From assembly GCA_951406725.2 (NCBI GenBank), contig OX597817.1:149420001-149484000 (forward strand): 64,000 nucleotides of DNA, in the 5' to 3' direction. The stretch is from Octopus vulgaris. Its lineage: Eukaryota. Shown piece by piece: positions 42,619 to 56,179 of this stretch; position 1 is the stretch's first letter; every line of letters begins with the position of its first letter. The notes beneath the pieces were generated by a model. The model was not told the origin of the DNA and did not search any database. It saw nothing but the letters and a program-made list of their open reading frames with translations. The position numbers and the translations under genes were made by a program.

Positions 42619-43553
42619 AATATATTTACACACAAATACATATGCATAAAAAGGAATATAGACAGCAGTGTGCAATGTTGCACCAAAAAGGAAAACTATA
42701 ATTGTAACTAAATACGACTAGCGTGTTTAAAACACCTACATTGCTAGAAATAAGAGCTAAAATGCTCTGATACTGGATTTAAAGGATTTAATCGGATATA
42801 TATATATATATATATATATATCATCATCATCATCATCTACGTGACCTACCAATATCCTCAATATAAGCAGTGTGAGCATTGTTTCATTCACGAGTGTTTA
42901 TGTAGCCTGCGGTACTAAGTCCAAAGTATCTCACGCGCCCGCAGTTGAGAGACAACTTAGTACATATTGAGCAGATATAATTCTCAAAAGGTTACATTAG
43001 TAACCATCCGCTTATCAATTATTTCAGGGATAGTTGGCTGTTGTTTTCAGCAGATCGACTGATCCCATACAAACTTCTACATTGTTTGCGTGTAATATTA
43101 TCGCTGTTGTACTTTCTGGCTATTGGTGATGATGAGCTAATGCTGCTGGTCGATGTTCTGCTTTATACATTCGACTTGTTCGGTGGTGCAGTGTGAAGTA
43201 TGGCGGTGGTTGACGAGAAAAGTGGAAAACCTGTTTTGGTGACAGAGGACAAGAGGACAGTATTTAATAAGAAAGTATTAGTCGCTATCAGGCTGTCATA
43301 CATACATATGTACATACATACATGCATGTATCTATATATATATATATATATATACAAAATAAGAAAATGGAGGAATAGATTTCTTTCAATCATCAACTTC
43401 CAGATAATACCAATTCATATAATTTATCAACTAATTATTTAGATTAAATAGGAACATCCAAATCCAACAGAATAATACAGAATAAAACAATATACATCAA
43501 TGAGTATGATATCCCATAGTGGGTTACACTCATAACCACTATCTCACTTTGTA

Positions 43554-43620
<67 letters not shown>

Positions 43621-43887
43621 CGAAACACCCATGTTTCCAAAGGTGAATTATCCAAGCCCCAAAGAATTCCTCTCAACGTATGGCTATGCAATTCCCCCAC
43701 GATCATAGATGCACATATCATCAGCCACCAAGAGACATGCTCAACTGGTTATGGTCAAACAACTGACAAGCAAATTTGTGGTATTGAGCAGAATATTTGC
43801 TGTAGCCCGTCTTTTTATACCAAGACAAATCATGTGCATTATAATGCTTCCAATCAGTTAAGATCAGAAGCCATGAGAGCCGGCGCC

Positions 43888-44246
43888 TATTATTATTTTT
43901 TTCCCCTTCTTTCTTCAAATTTTCTTGCATTTCTCGCCGAGTGTTTTCCGTACACCTAGAGCAGAGAAACTCATTGTATGCATTCCCAGATTACACACGC
44001 AAATTCACAGGTAAAATATGTATTTTAAAAAAATTAATAAATAAATAAAGTCATGAATGGATGTTGTTTTCACAGCGATAATGCTCTTCTCAGTACATGA
44101 GTCGTTCCTGTTAATACGATTTTTTGCACTTCCTGTAGGAAAATAGGTTTCAGTACCTTTTTTTTTATCATTCCTAGAGATCCTACAATCACTGGTACTG
44201 TAGTCGCTTTGAGTTGCCACATTTTTCCAATTTCTATTAGCAAGTC
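43888..44246 (-). pseudogene. 5'-truncated R4/Dong-clade non-LTR retrotransposon inside (TAA)n
   Basis: 44246-44070 translates, with one frameshift or deletion, to DLLIEIGKMWQLKATTVPVIVGSLGMIKK...LQEVQKIVLTGTTHVLRRALSL*. This is the typical C-terminus after the RLE motif of R4/Dong proteins. It is flanked by a long (TAA)n at 44247-44358 and a short (TAA)n at 43888-43896. Confidence 0.8.
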
Positions 44247-44360
<114 letters not shown>

Positions 44361-44939
44361 CCCATGTGTATACTTCGGTTCCAAGTATTAAGCTGCAAAC
44401 ACAAAACGTGTAGAAGTAAATTTCCATATCACTTGCTTCTTATTTTTTTCCGCGATACAATCAAAACCTTTTACCTTTCTCTCTCTGATCATATAATCTA
44501 ATCTATTATCTTCCTCCTAATCTGGTAATCTAAATACCCACCGAAACACCCTAAACCTTTGACAAGCATTTTTCTTTTTCCATGCCTATCATACGCATGT
44601 AAGAATATGTTATTTCACTGCTCAAGCTTACAAGCGACCTCACAAAGCATACACCCTTTAATTTTTTCTTGGTGTCTCTTTCTCACTATCGATCTCTTAC
44701 GAGTGTAAATACAGAAAATATGCATAGACATACACATGTATCATTTATTACATACTTACACACACACGCACAAACACATATACACACACACATACGGGGA
44801 CATATATGAGTTTATACTGCGCTCTTCGAAAAATCCCATGTAGTCGGTCCAGCAGCAAGACATAGCAGCAAGACATAGCAGCCACATATCACTGATATGA
44901 CTTCGACTGTCGTAGGATAAAGACACATTGGAATACATA

Positions 44940-45057
44940 GTAATCTATCTATCTATCTATCGATCGATCGATCTATCTGTCTATCTATTTGTCTTTCTAT
45001 TTGTCTATGTATGTATGTATGTATGTATGTATGTATGTATGTATGTATGTATGTATG

Positions 45058-45117
<60 letters not shown>

Positions 45118-45230
45118 AATCTGTCCTTGTATCTAACTATCGATCTATCTGTCTGTCTATTTGTCTATCTATCTATTTATCTGTCTATCTATTTGTCTAT
45201 CTATCTGTCTGTCTGACTGTTTGTCTATCT

Positions 45231-45302
<72 letters not shown>

Positions 45303-45481
45303 CTGTCTAGCTGTCTGTTTGTCTATCTATCTATTCCAAACTTATCTCTTACTTTATTTTCCAATTCTTCACAATTGTTCTTCTCTCTGTCCTTCTCTCT
45401 TTCTCTCATTTGTTTTCTCTCTCTCTCTTGTTCTCTCTCTCTCTCTCTCTCTTGTTCTCTCTCTCTCTCTCTCTCTCTCTT

Positions 45482-45549
<68 letters not shown>
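44940..45549. repeat. (TATC)n / (TATG)n / (TA)n / (TC)n microsatellite field
   Basis: Directly visible. Confidence 0.95.
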
Positions 45550-45550
<1 letters not shown>

Positions 45551-45636
45551 AAAACTAAAATGATGCAAAGCGCATTGTGACCAGCGATGTATAACAACAC
45601 CCGATAACCTGGTCGATCACGTGATCACGTGATCAC
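45549..45636 (+). mobile_element. Isolated SINE tail T1
   Basis: gcaaagcgcattgtgaccagcgatgt...cctggtcgatcacgtgatcacgtgatcac matches 9005-9080. Confidence 0.8.
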
Positions 45637-45945
45637 ATGATACATATGTATGCATATGCATACACACACACAAACACACACATTACATAGTCCACCTTCA
45701 TATCCCCCCCCCCCGTCATCTTGTTGTCTGTTTGCTTTCGGTTTTGTTTTCTTTCTTTATCATTCTTTCCTTTCTGCTGTTTCCGCTTCTCTCTCACTTT
45801 TGCCCATTCTTTGGTTTCTCCAATTCTTGTCTTTCTTTGCTTTTTCAATCTTCTACCGTTCTTTCTCAACATCGTTTTATTTCTTTATGCGTATCTTTTC
45901 ATCTAACTTTCTCCATTTCCCTACCTTTCACACACACACACACAT

Positions 45946-45987
<42 letters not shown>

Positions 45988-47382
45988 TATCTATCTATCT
46001 ATTTATTTACCTCTTATTCTCACTCAATGAAGCTATATATTTTTCGCATTATAGTATTCCTGTAGCTTTTCTACGTCATTTCTCGCCCTTCGTGCATGTC
46101 TGCTAGTCTCTATTAACGTGTATGTATGTTTTATATGTGTGCGTTTGTGAGATAAGAGAGGAAGAGGGAGAGGAAGGGGAAGCAAGGAGGGAGAGGGTTT
46201 CGACAGGATTTGAATGTCCCCTTGCGTTCTTTAAGCTGGTTCTTTGGCATTGCGAGTGATAAGCTGAAAAGACTAATGCACTTGCTTAAGGACTTTCCAT
46301 ATATACGTGTGTATGTATGTGTGGGTGTGTGGGTGTGGGTGTGTTGTGAATATGCACATATAGCTCAATCTCTCTCTATATATATATGTATATATATGTA
46401 TATGTATATATATGTATATTTGTATGTATATATATATATATGTATGTATATGTATATATGTATATGTATGTATATGTGTGTATATATATGTATATGCATG
46501 TATATATATATGTATATATATGCATATATATCTATATATATATGTATATATATATGCATATATATATATGTATGTATATATATACATACACATATATATA
46601 TACATATATATATATATATGTGTGCATATATGTGTTTTTATATATTTTGTATGTATACGTAAATATATGTGTATAAATGTACATGTTTCAGGGGAGTGTT
46701 TATATCTGTATGTACTTAAATGTGTCTGTGAGTGCTCGCGCGCCTCTATCCATGTTTCGTAGTTTATCGAATTTCTTGTCTATTTTGATATTGTGCTGCG
46801 AAAACTGTCTTTTAGACTGTCAGTGATGGCTCCACAGATTTTGCTAGTTCTTGTTTATATTTTTCCTTTTTACTTATTGCATTGAAGTTCTTCCTTTTTC
46901 TTTCTTATATGTTGCAATGTGCCTGTTACATTTTTACTGTTCTTTAAACTTCACGACAGTCCACATTCAGAATATATTATTTCCGGTGTCATAACTCCTA
47001 ACTTCCTTTTTGCCTCTAACATTCCGATATCGTGATTTCTGTTATTTTATTTCATTCTCGCTCAAACCGTTAGTTTTTTTTTTTTCATTTTCTGGTTGTT
47101 ATTTTTCTTTCGACTCTGTTGACATATATAATGTATAGAGTCTTGCGATTATATATAGTCACATGTAGGCGTGTATGCATCACGTGTGATTATGTGTGTT
47201 GGTACGGTGCATGCGTGTAAAACATAACTCACCATGAACATCGCAAACACGACTAAAGTGTGACTAGCGACAAGAAGAATCTTTTACTTTATATATAAAA
47301 TCTAGTGTATTATGGAATACGTATTTTCCTCATTTGTAAATTCACAGTCTCACACACATACACACACATAGTTATATATATC

Positions 47383-47577
47383 AGAAAATGGATGTAATAA
47401 CAAGGGAAGACTCATGGTTTTCCCTGGTATGCCTTTAACTTAATTAGATAACAAACAAGTAGGAAGCAGATACGAATGCTACCTTCATCTCTGCTTCCTC
47501 CTTCTTTGTTTTCTAATCAAATTAAAGGCATACCAACGAAAACGACGAGTTTCCCCTTATTATTACATCCATTTTCT
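47383..47577. repeat. Long inverted repeat with 88-bp arms and a 19-bp spacer
   Basis: 47383-47470 versus 47490-47577: 12 substitutions, no indels. Confidence 0.9.
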
Positions 47578-47941
47578 TCTCCTATATAACCTAAACTACG
47601 GTTTACCAACCGAAACACCTGCTCCCGTACTACATTACAAAAGACTATACCTACCCAGGTAATAACCAGGAGCGACTTTTAATTATCCCTTAGAGGTATT
47701 AAACTCCTCTAAATGATACCTATATTATATGTGTGTGTGTGTGTGTGTCTGTGTGTGTGTGTGTGTGTTTGTGTCTACGTGTGTGTCTGTGTGTGCGTGT
47801 GTGTGTGTACATATATTTATATAAATATATATGTTGAATTTTCCACATATTTTCGACTCATAATTTTGTTACGTGGTGTATACTGAATCTTTAGCATTTT
47901 TGTACCTTGTATATATATATATATATATATATATCTATATA

Positions 47942-48168
47942 TTCTTTTACTCTTTTACTTGTTTCAGTCATTTGACTGCGGCCATGCTGGAGCACCGCCT
48001 TTAGTCCGGGAGAATCGACCCCAGGACTTATTGTTTGTAAGCCTAGTACTTATTCTATCGGTTCTCTATTGACGAACCGCTATGTTACGGGGACGAAAAC
48101 ACACCAGCATCGGTTGTCAACCAATGTTGGTGGGGGGCAAAGTTAGACACACAAACATACACACACAC

Positions 48169-48222
<54 letters not shown>

Positions 48223-48398
48223 CACACACACACACACACGACGGGCTTCTTTAGTTTCCGTCTACCATATCCACTCACAAGGTTCTGGTCGGCCCGAGGC
48301 TATAGTAGAAGACTAGTACAAGGTGTCACACAAGGGAACTGAACCTGAAACCATGTGATTGGGAAGCAAGACTCTTACCACACAGCTACTTTTGCACC
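47942..48398 (-). mobile_element. Full-length family A SINE
   Basis: Reverse-complement match to family A. The tail abuts (TA)n. Confidence 0.92.
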
Positions 48399-48987
48399 TA
48401 GTTAGGTATTAAACAGGTAAAATCGTTGGAGTAATATTTTTTTTCACGGTTCGTAACATTCTGAGTTCAAAAGCGACCGTAGTCTAACATTCACCACCTC
48501 AGGGTCAATAGCATAATGTAGCAGTCAAATCCTGAGATCGATATAATCGATTATTCACTGATTCTAAATCTCTGGCCTTGTGTCAGTACCATCGTAGGAG
48601 ATGAATGCTAATGGTCTTTGATATAATACTTTATATAAAGGAGTAGTTAAATCCAAGTGTAAGTGGCAATATAATAGGAGAATCAGGTATGAAATGTTCC
48701 TTTGCGCATCGGATGCTGACTCAAAAAATCATCAAGTATATATTTTACACAATTACATACACACAGACGCGCACGCACACGCACACACACACTCACACAC
48801 ACACACACACACAAACTAGCACACACTTACACACGCACACACATATATATATATATATACATATAATATACAATATTTATTTAATTATAAGTAAATTTAA
48901 AGTGAATAATTAATCATTTTTCCTTTATGAGGTTTTTTCACGCTGATTACTTGATACATTCTTATAAAGACTATCTTATAAGTTGTA

Positions 48988-49055
<68 letters not shown>

Positions 49056-49797
49056 CACACACAAATGTGTGTGTGCATATGATGGATTTTGTAGCCTTGC
49101 TTATGTAACTAACACAGATTAAGAAACAGCTGTCAACTTATGGAATAAAAATCTATTCTCTCACTTCTCTTATTTGGTCAATAGATATACATACATACCT
49201 ATTGCTGCTGCAAATGGATTTGAAATCACTAAGCATCAGTTCTCGTAATCTCATACATTCATACATATCGTACTTATCTGTTTATATCTGACAAGAATAA
49301 TTTCCGAAGTCTCTAATGTGTATACGAAAGAGAAAGAGTGCGGGTGCATATATCTATGTGTAGAGATGTATGTATGTATGTATGTATGTATGTATGTATG
49401 TATGTATGTATGTATATATAAGCGTGCTTGTGCGGGGGCATGAGTGTGTGTTTTGTGAATGTGTCGGTTTGAAGAATGTTTGTGTATGTGTGTAGCTGAG
49501 GGAAATACTGTTGATGGATTTAAGACTTATATAAGACTTTAAAGCGACCTCTTACAAGCTAAGCACGTACTTATGTTTCTTTTGTCCAAGTTCTGTCTGC
49601 AAGGCCTCAAAATCTCGTCTGACCTCCCGTATAGTCAGTCTTTTGATTGACCAACTAAGACATTCGGCAAGCTGTAGTGGTTATTGGTTTCTTTGTTTGT
49701 TTGTAGTCACTTTTTACAAGTGGAATATCGTATATTTATAAATACATCTCCATGCAATGTCTCCCTCCCCTTCTCTCTGTCTCACCTTTCTCCCGCC

Positions 49798-49855
<58 letters not shown>

Positions 49856-49927
49856 TATGCTGCTGCCGCATTATGTCGTACGTGGATGAGAGGATTTGCA
49901 TCCCCAACCAAGAATTTTTGATGTAAC

Positions 49928-50050
49928 ACATGTCCTTGCGGAAGCTGTTGTGCGCGGCTGAAGAAGGCCACAGACATACATTATGCATTGTTATAAATCT
50001 GTCTAATAAAGGCCCGAAACATATGTACCGCTGAATCCTTCGCATCATGT
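49928..50050 (+). ncRNA. Type I hammerhead ribozyme candidate
   Basis: gcgg (49954-57), CTGAAGA (49958-64), helix II ggcc...ggcc, GAAAC (50016-20), atat, GTA (50025-27), ccgc (50028-31). Helix I extends through tgcgga/ttcgca and acatg/catgt. Confidence 0.7.
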
Positions 50051-50072
50051 TTTTATTTTATTTTGATCAATT

Positions 50073-50133
<61 letters not shown>

Positions 50134-50180
50134 GATAGATAGACATAGATATAGATATAGATAGATAGATAGACATTGAT

Positions 50181-50226
<46 letters not shown>

Positions 50227-51192
50227 CCGTGCGTGCGCATGAAGATTGGTAGAGTTTTTATTATGTCAAGTAGTATTTATTTCGTGTGTCAGCGATCTGA
50301 GTTCAAATCCCACTAGGGTCGCCTTTGTTTTTATTCTTTCGGGATCGATATATTACCAAACAATCTAGAATCGATTCTTCTTCTTTCTCGTTTCTCTTTT
50401 TTTTCTTTTTTTTTACTTTCTCTTAGAGAAATTGGCTGCGTTCACACTTGGAGGGGCCGGTCTATACCAGTCATTGCAATATTACGCTTTATAAGTGTGT
50501 GTGTATGTGTGTGTGTCTATGTTATGTGTGTGTGTGTGTTCGCGCAGTATGTCATTGTGTCAGCTACAAAGTCGCAAGCAGAAGTGCAACGAAAATACCA
50601 ACCCTATTCTCGCAGAGAAATCATTTATTATGTAGGTGGTGTTTTGGGCGGACGGTACACCTTCGACGTCTTCGAATGCTAAACGATTGAAAGCACAAGC
50701 CTGAAGCGGTTCACCGACGTAACCCCGATCTCCCCTCCTCGTACACACACACTCCTTTACACAACATAGTCATTGAATGCATTTCTCCACCTGTCTCTAT
50801 CAATCTATTTATCTATCTATCTATCTATCTATCTGTTTCTTTTTTTTCTCTCTTTCCACTTCCCCGTTGATGAATGTTTTCCCCTCTTTTTGTATTTTGC
50901 GGTGATAGAAGTTATTGATTTAATGTATCTCTTGTGCCTAACACTTTCTCTGCTTTCTCTCTCTCTCTCTCTCAAACACACACACCCACTCCCCTCCACA
51001 CACACACATACACACACACTGTCTTCAGCTCTTTCTCTCTGGATGATTCTGTCGCTCGTTGACAAGGCAGATGTCAATGGTATTGGTAGCTTTAAGCCAT
51101 TCAACTGACACAACCTTAACACCTCATATAAATGTGTATGGGTGGGTGTGTATTATTTAACAGATTGCATAGCCTCGTGAAATCACAGTATC

Positions 51193-51236
<44 letters not shown>

Positions 51237-51256
51237 TACACACACACACACAAATA

Positions 51257-51477
51257 CGAAGGAATGATGAAAAGTTCCAAGCTTTGGGTAAAAGTAAATA
51301 CAGGAGGATCGGTTAATTATGATTTTTTCAACATATTCCTCTCTCAGATCCTTAGACTTATTGCAGCGCTACTTCAGTGTTTTTCTAAGCCCTGTAAAAG
51401 AACTCGGAGGGTTGGGTCTCCAACCAGAGCTTTCGCGATACCCTTGAAGTTAGTAACTTTTTTAGCACCCCCCCTCG
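51257..51477. mobile_element. Mariner-type MITE
   Basis: TA|cgaaggaatgatgaaaagtt ... aacttttttagcacccccc(c)tcg|TA, with imperfect TIRs and a TA TSD. Confidence 0.7.
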
Positions 51478-51730
51478 TACATATACCCAAACAGGCCTTT
51501 CGTGAGACATGGCCCGAGTGCTTGCAAAAGAGTGGATTCCTTCGCTAGTGTCACACAAGCACTAGGTGGTTGTTGTTAAAGCATGTTGACGGAGTAAGTC
51601 AAACTGGAGCAGTTGGATTCGAACTCAGAACGCAAAGCATCCTAGTCGTTCTAAGGAATCTAACATCTGACAGCTTAGATTCGTGACAGGTAATATGTTA
51701 TCGGCTCCAGGACAATGACAGACAAATTTG

Positions 51731-51853
<123 letters not shown>

Positions 51854-51858
51854 TATAT

Positions 51859-52225
51859 GATGCAGGAGTGGCTGTGTGTTTACTAACCACATGGTTCAGG
51901 GTTCAGTCCCACTAGGTGGCATCTTGGCCAAGTGTCTTCTAGTATAGCCACGGGCTGACCAAGGCCTTGTGAGTGGATCTGGTTAACGGAAACTGAAAGA
52001 ATCTCGTTATATATATATATGTGTGTGTTTGTCCCACCCACACACCCATCACTTGACAAGCGATGTTGGTGTGTTTACGTCCCCGTAACCAAGCGGTTCG
52101 GCAAAAAGAGACCGATAGAATAAGTACTAGGCTTACAAAGAATAAGTCCTGGGGTCGATTTGGTCGAATAAAGGCGGTGCTCCAGCATGACCACAGTAGA
52201 ATGACTGAAACAAAAGAATGAAAGA

Positions 52226-52229
<4 letters not shown>
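51859..52229 (+). mobile_element. Full-length family A SINE between (TA)n tracts
   Basis: Colinear with the other family A copies. Confidence 0.92.
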
Positions 52230-52267
<38 letters not shown>

Positions 52268-52567
52268 TCTGTATGTGTGTGTGTATTTAAATATATAATT
52301 ATATAATTATAATGCAAGTAGATAATATACAATTTACTCCTGCATCATTTTCAATATATTTACTGTTTTCCTTGTAATAAAGTTATCTGTTACTTAAAGA
52401 TGCATGGCCTAATTAATACAAAGTGTGCGCGCTCTTTGATCATTAGGTCATAATTCCGGTCCTTGGTCTAGGATATTACTTGTGTCCTTCAGCAATGCAC
52501 ACTATTTCTTGTAACTTGAGTCTAGTCAACCGAAATTAAGTATCAGCCAAGTACTGATGCAGAAATA

Positions 52568-52619
<52 letters not shown>

Positions 52620-52992
52620 CACTCACTCACTCACTCACTCAGCTGTTACAGCCTCGACGTTCTGCTGGTTCCAGGAAATAAAAATGAGAGTTGAGAGACT
52701 CTATATCTGTTTGCGACTACTTACGTACTTTAAACATTCAGCGAAACCATGATATCGCGAGTATAGAAATTTGGTTATTGATGTGTGATAGGGTTCTAAA
52801 AAGAATATAATTAGTCGGAAAAGTTATTTGGTGAGCAGATTTCAACAGCATATTACTTTAGGTCTGAAATAATTTATTGTAAATAAAATTCAAATACCCA
52901 CGCATGAGATCAAAAACAATTCCATATAAATATTTTGTAACAGCATGGTTCTCAACATTTTACCTAATATGTATGTATGTATGTATGTATGT

Positions 52993-53103
52993 CATTGTTT
53001 AGTATTTATTTCAAGATTTCTTACCAATACAGAAAGAGTCGGTTTCTAACATAGATTGAAGGGTCCTTCATTGGAATTTAAACATCAGCAACAGGGTGTT
53101 TTT
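52993..53103 (-). mobile_element. Short 3'-UTR-like insert in (CATA)n, related to 37153-37240
   Basis: gaaagagtcggtttctaacatagattgaagg versus gagggagctggttttcaacaaagatacaagg. Both share the junction (tatg)n-tc and both have (TATG)n on each side. Confidence 0.5.
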
Positions 53104-53394
53104 GTATGTATGTATGTATGTATGTATGTACGTACGTTTGTATTTGTCATCGCTTAACTTAGTTTAAGTAAAATAATCAAATATAGAAAGTACCAGACTT
53201 AAAAAAAAAAGACATGAGCACTAGTGTCGATTTGTTCAGCCAAAATCCTTGAAAACGATTTCCCCAGCATGACCGCAGTCCACTAAAACAAGTAAAAGTT
53301 CAAAAATAGGGACTGGATATTATAATCAAATGACATTTAAGTGAACAGGCAACAAGTTCCATGAATAGCATGAAGCTTTATTCATCTTTATATT

Positions 53395-53790
53395 CTTTTC
53401 TACTTTAGGCACAAATCCCGAAATTTTTGGGAATGAGGTTAGTCAATTAGATCAACACCAGTACGAAACTGGTACTTAATCTATCGACTCTGAAAGGATG
53501 AAAGGCAAAGTCGACCGCGGCGGAATTTGAACTCAGAACGTAACGGCAGACGAAATACCTATTTCTTTGCTACTCACAGGGGGCTAAACACAGAGAGGAC
53601 AAACAAGGACAGACAAACGGATTAAGTTAATTATATTGACCCCAGTGCATAACTAGTACTTATTTAATCGACCCCGAAAGGATGAAAGGCAGAGTAGACC
53701 TCAGCGGAATTTGAACTCAGAATGTAGCGGCAGACGAAATACGGCTACGCATTTCGCCCGGCGTGCTAACGCTTCTGCCAGCTCGCCGCC
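53395..53790 (-). mobile_element. Family B SINE, dimeric
   Basis: Same architecture as 11849-12248. 19-bp TSD (17/19 identical) at 53376-53394 and 53792-53810. Confidence 0.9.
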
Positions 53791-54129
53791 TCTTTACTCA
53801 TCTATATATTAATTCAATATAATCATATTAGCGGCAGGTCCAATTATATTGTTTAATTAATCATGTAATGATGCACTAATTGATTTAATTTAGATTAAGT
53901 TTTAAGTTATTGATCGTTCTTGCTTCTTTGATTTGGGAGGGGGAGGAGTTGGGTTTTTTTTGGTTTGTTTATCTGTTGTTTTTTGTAGAATGATATCGAT
54001 TATTGATCTCGAGGTTAATGTTTTAATATTATTTCTCCGAGTTAAGAAAACGAGGACATACTTTCCTTTCCTTTGGTATTACACAGGTAGATTTACCATA
54101 GATATTTTACACCGAAACTGCACTAACTA

Positions 54130-54456
54130 TCACAGTGTCGGTTACGACGACGAGGTTTCTAGTCAATCCAATCAACGGAACAGCCTGCTTGTGAAGCTGA
54201 CGTCGAAGTGGTTGAGTACTCCATAGACACGCGTGCCCTTCACGTAGTTCTCAGGGAGATTCAGCATGACACAGAATGTGACAAGGCTGGCCTTTTGAAT
54301 TACAGGTATTACTCATTTTAGCCATCTGAGAGGACTGAGGCAACCTGAAATAAAGTGCCTTGCTCAGGAATACAACGCACCACCGGGAATCGAACTCACG
54401 ACCTTACGATCGTGATCGTGAGCTGAACACCCTAACCACTAAGCCACGTGCCTTCA
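54130..54456 (-). mobile_element. Family D SINE with tail T3
   Basis: Head and body match 32948-33102. The tail matches 31005-31190. Confidence 0.85.
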
Positions 54457-54544
54457 AAATCTACACTAACAAGCTTTTTATCGATGCCGGGAATCACTCA
54501 ATGACATAAAAAAATAATTTACTATTTACAGGTTGAAAGCTAAC

Positions 54545-54750
54545 GATGGTGCCTGTATGTGTTCGGTCAATCTGCTAGAAATAGCTGCCAACAATTTTTC
54601 GTATCACACCCTATTGTCTTAAAGAAGATCACGTTAGGTCGTAATTGCTCTTGATTTCCTCCAGGTACAGAAAACATGGTTTGGTCAGTGTTAGAATGTC
54701 TTTGATCATAAATGTGCAGTCAGAGTTGACCTGTGTCTAAGGAACAACAT
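54545..54750 (+). mobile_element. Family E repeat (best copy)
   Basis: ctgctagaaatagctgccaa...atcacaccctattgtcttaaa...gaatgtctttgatcata...gttgacctgtgtctaaggaacaac. Confidence 0.6.
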
Positions 54751-54849
54751 TATCGCTTCTTCCTACAAGTCGGATAACTATTTCTAGCTACGATGCAAGG
54801 CTAAATACTCGGATGAAATTTCACCCCTAAAGGCAGTAAACTGTTATTT

Positions 54850-55278
54850 TTGTATCAATTTGATCCTACCTTAAAACAGTTCTTACATCTATATCAAATT
54901 CATCTTAGATTGAAGTACACATGGCAATGTATCAACTTGATTTTTTACATCGAAGCAGTTCTTAACTTTCTATCAAAGTTATCTTACCCTGAAGTAGCTC
55001 TTACATCTGCATCAAACTGATTATACCTTAAAGCATCAAACTGATTGTACCTTTGTATTAACTTTATCTTACCTTGAAGCATATATGGCGTTGTATCAAC
55101 TTGATCTTACTTTAAAGCAACCCTAAACTTTACATCGTACTGTGAAGCATATCTTCCCTATGTATCAAGCTGATATCATCTCGAAACAGCTCTTAACTTT
55201 GTACGAGCTTGATCTTACAGAGAAACATATATTACCTTTGTATCAAGTTGATCTTATCTTGAAGAAGCCCCTACTTTT
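54850..55278. repeat. Degenerate 39-bp minisatellite, about 11 copies
   Basis: The consensus is approximately ttgtatcaacttgatcttaccttgaagcagctcttaact. Confidence 0.85.
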
Positions 55279-56179
55279 AAATAAATCTGTTGTATTAGTT
55301 CTGCGATACACTATCAAGCGTGGAAACTTTAATCATGAATATGAAATATGAATTATCAAAAATCATTCAGTGATTACTAAGAGTGGGCCAGTTTGTGAAA
55401 ATTAAAAGGAAACATACGGACGTCCACTCACAATATACTCGATTCCCATAATCAATATTGAACATCGGTCAAAATACGTCAGAATCAATCTGAAACAATC
55501 GTTGAATCGATAATCTTGCAATAACATTGATCATTTTCAAAAGATAATGGTGAAGTATGTCAGCCAAGCTAGTCATGTTAAAATATCTAACACACTTGTC
55601 AAGGCTCAGCAAGAAAATTATATTTGACTCATGACAGCCGATCATATAATGTTGTTAATCGGAATATCCGACATTTTAAAGCAAACAAAAATTAAATGAA
55701 TATAATAAAAAATAAATAAATATAATTGTAGATATGTAGACGCACAAAGCAACTGACAAGATCTATTGACTGCGCATATACACACTGGGTTTGAAATACA
55801 CTAAATAGTTTGTAGGGGAGGAATTCATAATTCATTTAGAAGGATATGTAAAGATGTGTAGTCAGACGGAGCGACAATCAGTGCAGTTAATCAGCTTGAT
55901 TTAATTATGCAGTCGGCGATCAAAATACCAAAGCCATCTGTTAAAATTAGCTCCTCTTTTATTCTTATTGATCAAAATAAATTTAATTCTGATCCGCATA
56001 CATACTGACGCGCGCACACACCAGAGACGCAATCATACACGTATATGTGTACACACAAACAATTGCAAACAGATAGTCACCAACAAACAGCAGAATATAT
56101 ACACACATTTACATGCACACATCATACAAAAAACGCGCATATAGAAACGTACGTAAGATTCATAATACTCATCTTCATA

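Noticed and set aside
43615-43885. Complex island next to the Dong remnant, containing ctgatga on the minus strand
   Set aside because: It is probably another repeat, but it is single-copy in the window and has no GAAA box at a hammerhead-compatible position.
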